Part shown: in pieces, positions 56,751 to 64,000 of the stretch
How the letters are laid out: every line of letters begins with the position of its first letter
How positions within the stretch are numbered: the stretch's first letter is position 1
NCBI GenBank assembly: GCA_013416795.1
Contig: RQSC01000062.1
Location: 99,861 to 163,860 of the forward strand
DNA from: Prasinococcaceae sp. CCMP 1430
Taxonomy: Eukaryota; Plantae; Prasinodermophyta
Direction of reading: 5' to 3'
DNA length: 64,000 nucleotides
Translations under genes and position numbers: made by a program
The notes under the pieces: model-generated
Seen by the model: only the letters and a program-made list of their open reading frames with translations
Told to the model about the DNA's origin: nothing
Databases searched by the model: none

Positions 56751-58081
56751 TCACATGCCAAAGGGCAGCGGGTACTGAGCGCGTGGCCCAGGCCCGAGTG
56801 CGAGCCGCATCGCGAGTCCGGCGACGACTGAAACGGCGACGGCAGTCAGCGCCTTCTTGAGGCCGCCTTTCTTCTTCTTCTTCTTGCCGCCCTCGAAGCC
56901 GCCGTATACGACGTCGATGGAGCTCTCCTCGACGCGTGCGCTGCCATCGGAGTACATGTCGAGGTCGAACGCCACAACGCCACAGTTGACCACCTTCGTG
57001 CTCTTGCCGATGAAGTCAGAGGATGCGGGTAGGTACGCCTTGAAGAATTCCCTGAAGACCAGCGAGTGTCCACCCACTACAACCACGTCCTCCGACCTCG
57101 ACATCGCCCACCTGACGAACTCTTCCAGGCGCCCCTTGCCGCTGCCAAAAAGCGCCTTGTTGCCGGTGTTGTCCTCGTGGCCCCACGTCTTGGGCATGGG
57201 CGTGCCGCTGGCGAGCAGAGGATCGGTGCGTGCAGGCGTGAGCGCGAGCGTGTCGATGTTGACGGAGATCTCTTGCATGGAGGACAGCACCTCCAGAGGG
57301 GCGTCGGCAGTGGCCTCCGGGCAGGCAAGGCACGCGGTGGAGATGGCGCGTCGCAGGTTGGACGCGCAGCGCACGGTGGACCTCGCGTCCGCATCGCCGC
57401 GCACGGCCTTCACGGCATCCAGCTGGCGTGCGGTGAGGCCCGCCGGCGGCCTTGCCACCCACTCGGCCAGCGCGCGCGCCTGTGCGATGCCTGTCGAGTT
57501 CAGGCCGCTGTCAAGCAGCACCGAGTCGCGCGTGGCGAATAGCAGCACCTCCTGGAGGAAGCCGTTGCCCACGCGCAGCAGAAAACCTGGAGGCATGAAG
57601 CCCTCTGCGCGCGTGTTTGGTAGTTTTGATGGGCGATGACGCGGGTGAGCACACGTGCTCACGTGGCAAAAGCACCGAGCGCGCTCGCGCTCGCGCTCGC
57701 GCGCTCAGAGGGGGTGGAGGGGTGACGCGCGCACGCACTGTTCCACATCTGGTTCCACGTGGACTCTCCGTGGCGGATGAAGACTATACGCTTGCGATAG
57801 AGGAGCCTCTCAGCCTGGTGTGGCGCGTCCGACACGCCCAGGAGCTTGTAGCGCTTATCAGAGCTGACTACCATCGCCATCAGGCCGTACGCGAGCATGG
57901 CGACCTTGCGCACCGCGTTGAGCGGCAGCACCACGGGCAGCGCGACGACGCCGCACTGTCCCGAGCGCACGCATCGCGTGGCCGAGCAGATCACAACAGC
58001 AGCACTGAACGCGCCGAACGCCGCCGCGCGCGCGCCTTCGGGCATATCGCCGGAGCGCAGCACGGCCAAGAGCGCCTCCAT
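56751..58081 (-). CDS. Histidine phosphatase / phosphoglycerate mutase-like protein with hydrophobic termini; intron 57605-57738
   Basis: IVFIRHGESTWN, DSGLNSTGIAQA, SNLRRAISTA, VVGGHSLVF. Confidence 0.85.
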
Positions 58082-58668
58082 CCCCGACCCCTCCTTCCTG
58101 CTGCTCGCCACCGCTCGGCGCGCCGGCTCGCTCCCACTACCTCCCGATCAAACGCGGCGCCGCGCTCCGCCGCTCCTGTCCCCCGCGCCCCGACTCTTCC
58201 AATCCCCCAATGCGCGTGGTGCAGCCGGCACCCCGCCGGGTGCGCGCCCTCTGGTCAGTCCCCCTCCCCCCTTCCCTTGACCTTCCCTCCCCACCCCCTT
58301 CCCCTACCTGGCACCTGCCCTTCAAGCCGCTGCAGCGCTGCTCGATGCCCGCACCAGGCTCGGTCGGTCAGCTGTGCACCCATCAGTCAGTCGCGCGCTG
58401 CTGCAGACGCTGCGGGGGCAACGCGGCGCCGAGTGGGGGAGAAATTGGACCCACAGTCGCCGCTGCGGCTTCTGGAACCGGCAGCTGTGAATCAAAGGCG
58501 GCGGGAAAAACCGGGAAAAAGCTCGCGAGCGCGGGCGATCGGTTGGCGCGTGCGCGGCACATCTCGCGCGCGCCGCGTGCCCCCGCTCCAACCCCCTCCC
58601 CTCCCTCTCCCTCGCTCTCCGTGTATCCTTTGAGCGCGTCTGGCGTCGGCGGCTTGGGAGGGGGCGCG

Positions 58669-60141
58669 ATGGCATCGTCGGGGCTGCCCGAGGGCGCGAT
58701 GAACGCCGTGGAGCAGCTGCGCGCCGTCGCGCCCGCCGGCATGTCGCGCGACGCGCTGCTCAAGACGCTCATCAGCTGCGACTACGACCTGCAGCGCGCG
58801 GCCGACGCGCTGCTCGCCAACCCGGCGGGGGCGGCCGGCGACTGGGCGGACGTGGGAAAGCACGGCAAGACGGTGCAATCCGCGCCCGCGGTGAAGACGG
58901 CGCATGGGAAAGGGAAGAAGGGCAAAGGGGCGGCGCAGCAGGCAGAGAAGAAGAAGGTCCGCGCGCGGCGAGGCCCGCGTCGCCTCACCTCCACCCCCAC
59001 CCGCACCACGCGCACGACCTTCGCGGCGCTCAGGCCGCCTCTAACGCTCGTGAGAGGCAACGATCGCGCGCTGACCGGCACGCGCACCTACGTACAGCCG
59101 CAGGCAGTGCAAGACGCCGCCACGCGCCGCAAGGCCGCGCAGGCGGCAGTCGAAGGCTCCAAGGTTGCTCAGGCGTCCACGCCCAAGCCGGCAAATGGAA
59201 CCAAGAAGGCGCGCAACGCCGGTGGCAGCCCGAGCGCCAGAGGGAGCAGGGATGCTGGGGGCAGCAAGAGCACACCGTCATCGACCGCCGCGTCCGTGTC
59301 GAAGGCGGCGACGGCGCCTGCCACAGCTGGAAAGAAAGCGCGAGGGCCGCCGGCCGGACCGAACGCAGGCGTCGCGCCAGTGAAGTCCTCCTCACCGTAC
59401 GACGCGGCGGCGGCGTCTGCCGCTGCGGCGACGGACGCGGCTGTTCTGCGCGCGCGCGACGCGGCCGCATCAGCGCGTGCATTCATACTGGCGCAGTTCG
59501 CTCAGCTGCGCACGGCGATCGCGGCGCGTGAGGCAGCGCTTGTCGCGGCGGTTGACCACGTCGCAGCCACGGTGGAGCGGCAGCAGGCCGAGCAGGGGTC
59601 GCACCTCATCGCCCATGTGCGCTCCCTCGAGGCCAAGGAGGCTGTCGGCGAGCCCGTGTCGGTACCGGAGGAGATGCAGCGCGCGCAAACGAGCCATGCC
59701 GAGAGGCTGGAGATTGCCGGACGCTCCCTGGCACCGCAGGCGTTGATGTCGGGCTGGAACCCGCAGAGCCACGGCACTCTGCTCAAGGCGATCGAGCTGT
59801 ACGGCAGCGTGCAGATGCCTGGCGCTCCTTCGAGCGCTTACGCAGCACAGCCTGCCGCGCCCGCGCCTGCGCCTGCGCCTGCGCAGAGGAAGGCCCCGCC
59901 GCAGTTCGCGCCGTCGGCCCTCGCGACCAGTGGTGCGTACGGGCAATCGCTTGGCGTGGCGGTCGCAAAGACACTGGACGACCCGGCCATCCTCATGGTC
60001 GGAGGCAGCGGCGCGGCCGCATCGGCGGCTGCAGCGGGCAAGTTCGCTTCGCAGAAGGTCGCCAGCGGCAGCGATATAGACGAGGCGGGAAAGGCGGCCA
60101 TGGAGGCGGCTGCTAAGCAGCTTCGTGCGATGAAGGCCTGA
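58669..60141 (+). CDS. Protein with N-terminal UBA/CUE-like domain and coiled coil; probable in-frame intron 58957-59097
   Basis: VEQLRAVAP..ALLKTLISCDYDLQRAADALL followed by WADVGKHGK; GT..ctgac..tacag intron of 141 nt. Confidence 0.55.
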   Translation: MASSGLPEGAMNAVEQLRAVAPAGMSRDALLKTLISCDYDLQRAADALLANPAGAAGDWADVGKHGKTVQSAPAVKTAHGKGKKGKGAAQQAEKKKVRARRGPRRLTSTPTRTTRTTFAALRPPLTLVRGNDRALTGTRTYVQPQAVQDAATRRKAAQAAVEGSKVAQASTPKPANGTKKARNAGGSPSARGSRDAGGSKSTPSSTAASVSKAATAPATAGKKARGPPAGPNAGVAPVKSSSPYDAAAASAAAATDAAVLRARDAAASARAFILAQFAQLRTAIAAREAALVAAVDHVAATVERQQAEQGSHLIAHVRSLEAKEAVGEPVSVPEEMQRAQTSHAERLEIAGRSLAPQALMSGWNPQSHGTLLKAIELYGSVQMPGAPSSAYAAQPAAPAPAPAPAQRKAPPQFAPSALATSGAYGQSLGVAVAKTLDDPAILMVGGSGAAASAAAAGKFASQKVASGSDIDEAGKAAMEAAAKQLRAMKA

Positions 60142-60252
60142 GCACAGCGGCGCCCAGGCCACGCCTTCGTGGGCTTCCGCCCGCGTGCGCGCAGACGTAT
60201 GCTCGAAGGGGATAATTTTACATTCTACGCGCGACGTGCGAGTGCCCACCCT

Positions 60253-61987
60253 TTAGGCGGCCGCAATGGTCGCCAAGACCTCCTTGTATTGCTGCACGTT
60301 GCGCTGGAGGATGGCCTCGCATGGCCCGACAAGACGGCGGAAGCACTTGGCGTCCATTGCGATGACCACCACATCGGTGGTGGCCACCACCGACGCCGCG
60401 CGAGGCTTCTGAGTGAGCAGTGCCAGCTCCCCGAAGAAGTCACCCGGCTCGGAGTACTCCTTGACGATGATGGGATCGGAATCGGGGGTGTAAACCTCCG
60501 CCTTGGCCGTGCCCTCCTCGAGGATGTAGATCTTGTCGCCCGGCTCACCCTGCTTGATGATGGTGTCGCCAGCCTTGTAGGTCTCGGTGATGAGCGAGTC
60601 AGATATGCGCGCGCGCTCCGTGTCGCTCAGCTGTTGCAACAACGGGACGCGGCCGAGGAAGCCCTCGTGAAGCTTGCGCTTGCGATTCGTGTGGTCGCAC
60701 ACGTAGCCACGGAATGTGGCGCGATCGATGGCCCACAGCTTGACGTCCGTCTTGGCGATGACCGTCGCCGCACGCGGCGCGTTGTACATCAGTGCCAGGT
60801 TGCCGAACGACATGTCTTTCCCCGCCGTGAGCATGAGTCTTGGCTCGTCCCCGTCCTTGGACACGAAGACCTCGCACTCGTCACTGTCCACGATGTAAAA
60901 GTTGTCACCTTCCTCGCCCTGCTTAATGATTTCGGAGCCCGCGCTATGCGATACAGGGAAGACAGCGTCGCACAGCTCGCGCAGCAGGCGCTGGTCCAGG
61001 TCGCTGAAGAGGATGTTTTTCGACACAACCGCAAGGATGCGCTCGATCTCCTCTTCAGTCTTAGCTATCTTCTTCGGAGGAGGAATGTTTCCCTGCCGAA
61101 GGCCACCGCACTCGGCCGACACCGACCCGCGGCGATGGCGCGCATACGCGGGCGGGACGAAAGTCTCGTCTATCTCGCCGACGTCCTCGCCACCGTCTTC
61201 CTCCTCATCGTCGTCAAGCGGACAGTCCTCAGCCTCGGCGGCGACGGCAGCCTGCGCCTGTGTCAGGCCGTTGAGCATATTGGCAATGTACGACACAGGC
61301 TCGCTTGGGCGGTCCTCGAGCAGCTTGCTGCACATGCCCTCGAAAAGGTGGCCCACGGCGAGGGTCTCGTTGAGGTAGCTGTGCGTATCAGCGTCTGGCG
61401 CCGACACCGAGACCCCGAGCTTGCCCGTCGCGCCGCCACCGTTGCTGCCGGCTCCGAAGACTGCGGCCGCGTCCTCCGGATAGGTCTCCTTTAAGTACTT
61501 CATCATGTACCGCAGCGGGTGCTCAGGGCGCTCGCGGAAGCACTTCACCATGAGCGGCTTGAGCACGCGGTCCAAGCTCTTTGACTCGATGTATGCCTGC
61601 GTTGCGCGCGGCAGCGGCGGCGAAGCGTCCCTCCCTCGCGTCAGCTGCGACGCCGTGCGCACGCAGGCGCCTGCATGCTTTGCAAGGTGTGCGCACGCGC
61701 ACGCCCCAGGTGGCTCTGAGGAGGCCCAAGGAACAGGCACACGAACGGGCTCGCACAGCCGCGCTGGCCAGTGTCCGCCGGGGGCACACTGTGGCAAGGC
61801 GCAGCGGGCTGACTCGAGGCTCCAGAGAGGTCACACACTCGTGGAGGTGCGTCCACGCGGGTACATCGCGCGTGTTCCTCCTCCCCGCACTCCGCACCCG
61901 GCTTACGCTCACGCGCATGCGCGCGGGTGCACCCGTCCCTCCGTCTCCGCAAGGCTTCGCGCCCCTCACCTCGATCTCGTCAGCCAT
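60253..61987 (-). CDS. cAMP-dependent protein kinase regulatory subunit-like; 18-nt exon 61970-61987, intron 61597-61969
   Basis: Two Dpy-30/RIIa-like docking motifs, RRGSVSAE inhibitor site, two cNMP domains (KQGEEGDNFY..FGNLAL..PRAATV; KQGEPGDKIY..FGELAL..PRAASV). Confidence 0.9.
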
Positions 61988-62564
61988 GGTCTGCGCGGCC
62001 GTCACGCTTTGGCGCACGCGCCGCTCCGCGCGGCTGGGGGCCAACCCCAGCGTCGACCAGCGCACGTGTGGCGGCGCGGCGCGCCCCGCCGCGCCCCGCG
62101 CCCCACCTCCAGCGGCGCCGCGCCTCTTCGATGCTGGCTTCGGCGCCCCGTTGATTCGAACGCGCCCCGCCCCGGTTCCCCGACCGCTCGAGCGGCGCCG
62201 ACGCACGCACGCGCGCGGGGCCGCGGATTCCGCGGACGCAGCATGTGGCATGCGGGCTGGTTTTGGCCCAACCCTGATCCTAAAAACCACAACCTTTTTT
62301 TTTTTGCGCCCCTGACCAGTGCGGCTCACTCAAGGCGCACGGCGGCGCTGGCGCGTAGCGCGCTGCGCCGCGCGCCGCGGTGGGTCTCTGGTTGCTGGCG
62401 ACTCGGCACGGCACGGCAGCGGTGTATGCACGCGGCAGCAGGGCTGGCGTGCGCGGGGCGTGACGTTGCGCGGGCGCGCGGCTGCACGTTGCAAGCCCTC
62501 GAGAGGAGGTGAAAAAAAATGGGTTGCAAAATAGCTCGGCGCGCGGCCTGCCAAGGTCGCCGCG

Positions 62565-63626
62565 CTAGGCGCTGCCGTCACCTCCGAGCGGCGCGCCTGT
62601 GGGAAACCCTTGCTCCTCCACGCTGCCGAGCGTGCCTGAATACTCCGCGTGCTTGGGGCGCCGTAGGATGGGGCGCGTGAGCCGCACCTGCACGTAGCGC
62701 AGCGCATCGGCCGACATGACGATGGTATCCGCTTTGACGACGTCGTAGGCGTTGATGCCCTGCGGAGGCATGATCTTCATGTACGGCACGTTGCGGCATG
62801 CCAGCACCAGTCCCTCAGAAGGCTCGGGGAGCTCGCCTGCCCAGCGGCCTGTGGAGGCGTCGTAAAATGCCTTCCCGTCCGCGTCCAGCTGCTGCATGAT
62901 GGGCGTGCGAGCGGCGAGGTCGTCCGTCTCGACGCCCGCCTCACTCTCGCGCCCGCCGCCCTTGGCACCGTCGGGCAGCGCACCGTCGATGAGCAGCAAC
63001 TTGTTGCCGCCCACACGCTCCATGAATTCCTTCGCCACCTTGGTCTTCACCTCGGGCGGTTCGAGGCTATCCACGATCAGCAGGCGCCCCTCTCGCCGCC
63101 GCTCGGAGAGCGCGACCTGCACGCCCAGACGCCGCACCTTCCTCGGCAGCGGGTACGACCAGTCCTTGGGGCGCGGTCCAAACATGGTGATGCCGCCGCG
63201 CATGTGCGGGCCGCGGTAATCGCCTTGGCGCGCGCGGCCCGTGCCCTTTTGCGGGTGCGGCTTCTTCTTTGTGCGGCGCAGCTCCCAGTACTTCTTCACC
63301 GATGCAGTGCCCGCGCGCCGCTTCGCCAGCTGCCACTTCGTCACGTTGTGCACTACGTCGATCATCAGCGGGCGGCCCCACACACGTTTGTCGAGCGCCG
63401 CACTGCCCACGACTTCGCCGTGCCAGTTGTGAACCGGGTGCGCACCCACGCGCTCCATGCGCTTTGAGCGCTCGCGTGGGTGCTTAGTCAGCGCGCGCTC
63501 GTCCTTCCGTTTGGTGCGGCCATGCTTCCCCTGGAACGAGTGCCGCCGCACAGGCGCCGCACCCTCTGCTTCCGCTGTCGCGACAACGGGCGCGCACGCC
63601 ACGCCGCGTGCCGCGAACGGCAACAT
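62565..63626 (-). CDS. rpl4: Bacterial-type (mitochondrial) ribosomal protein uL4
   Basis: WQLAKRRAGT, KPHPQKGTGRARQG, RGGITMFGPRPKDWSYPLPRKVRRLG, RNVP, GINAYDVV. Confidence 0.92.
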   Translation of the reverse strand: MLPFAARGVACAPVVATAEAEGAAPVRRHSFQGKHGRTKRKDERALTKHPRERSKRMERVGAHPVHNWHGEVVGSAALDKRVWGRPLMIDVVHNVTKWQLAKRRAGTASVKKYWELRRTKKKPHPQKGTGRARQGDYRGPHMRGGITMFGPRPKDWSYPLPRKVRRLGVQVALSERRREGRLLIVDSLEPPEVKTKVAKEFMERVGGNKLLLIDGALPDGAKGGGRESEAGVETDDLAARTPIMQQLDADGKAFYDASTGRWAGELPEPSEGLVLACRNVPYMKIMPPQGINAYDVVKADTIVMSADALRYVQVRLTRPILRRPKHAEYSGTLGSVEEQGFPTGAPLGGDGSA

Positions 63627-64000
63627 GCCCGCGCATCGCGCCCCCAGCGCCCGCAGCGCTCGCAGCCCGCTGTCCGCGCTCCTGCTCCCCCCGGCCGCTG
63701 CGGCCGTCCTCGCCGCCCCACCGCCGATTGCCGCACCCCCGCCGCGAGCTCGCCCGCCGCGGGCGCTGTGGCGCGCCCTGCTGCGCCCGCGCCTGCCCTA
63801 AAGATGACGTTGGATGTTGCGGTTAAGGTTCACGTGGACGGATTTGATGTTTCCAAAGTGAAAGAGGGTTTCGCGAACGTCTGCGCGGGCGCGCGACACT
63901 GCGGGAGTGCTGCTTGGTCGAAAAGCATTCGGGCCGTAAGGCAGCCGCCAGGAGCCGCCGGCCGCCCGCTGCGCGCCGCACGTCGCGCGCCCGCGCCCGC

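Noticed and set aside
41382-63626. Further complement-only segments in conserved genes (OGDH, YbeY, kinesin, PKA-R, uL4; also RecA, NIT1, S28, CAP-H2)
   Set aside because: By eye these proteins are continuously homologous and their breaks are explained by GT-AG introns. Stop-free complemented patches in unconserved ORFs cannot be excluded without computation.

Overview
GC-rich, gene-dense eukaryotic nuclear DNA with short GT-AG introns and about 31 protein-coding loci. No rRNA, tRNA, CRISPR array or transposon was recognised. Plastid-type RecA, a plant-type YbeY-HAD fusion, a ZIFL-like MFS transporter and a flagellar CCDC42/CFAP73 suggest a green alga of prasinophyte grade (inference). There are two N gaps (11610-11629, 27081-27190), and several GC-rich 5' ends look frameshifted, so assembly errors are likely. 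Most striking: in the Ulp1/C48 SUMO-protease gene, about 60-66 nt (c.1835/1841-1900) read as stop-containing nonsense on the + strand. The base-by-base complement, without reversal, reads in frame as INSGVEGRVYIFNTFFNKKL, the conserved motif missing at exactly that position. Other highlights: an orphan CK2-alpha first exon, a calponin-homology/TM/LysM protein, a secreted HEXXH protein with 14 Notch/LNR repeats and a poly-Lys tail, a giant protein with nested bacterial-type Ig-like and FCCH-like modules, a PKA regulatory subunit and NELF-C/D.
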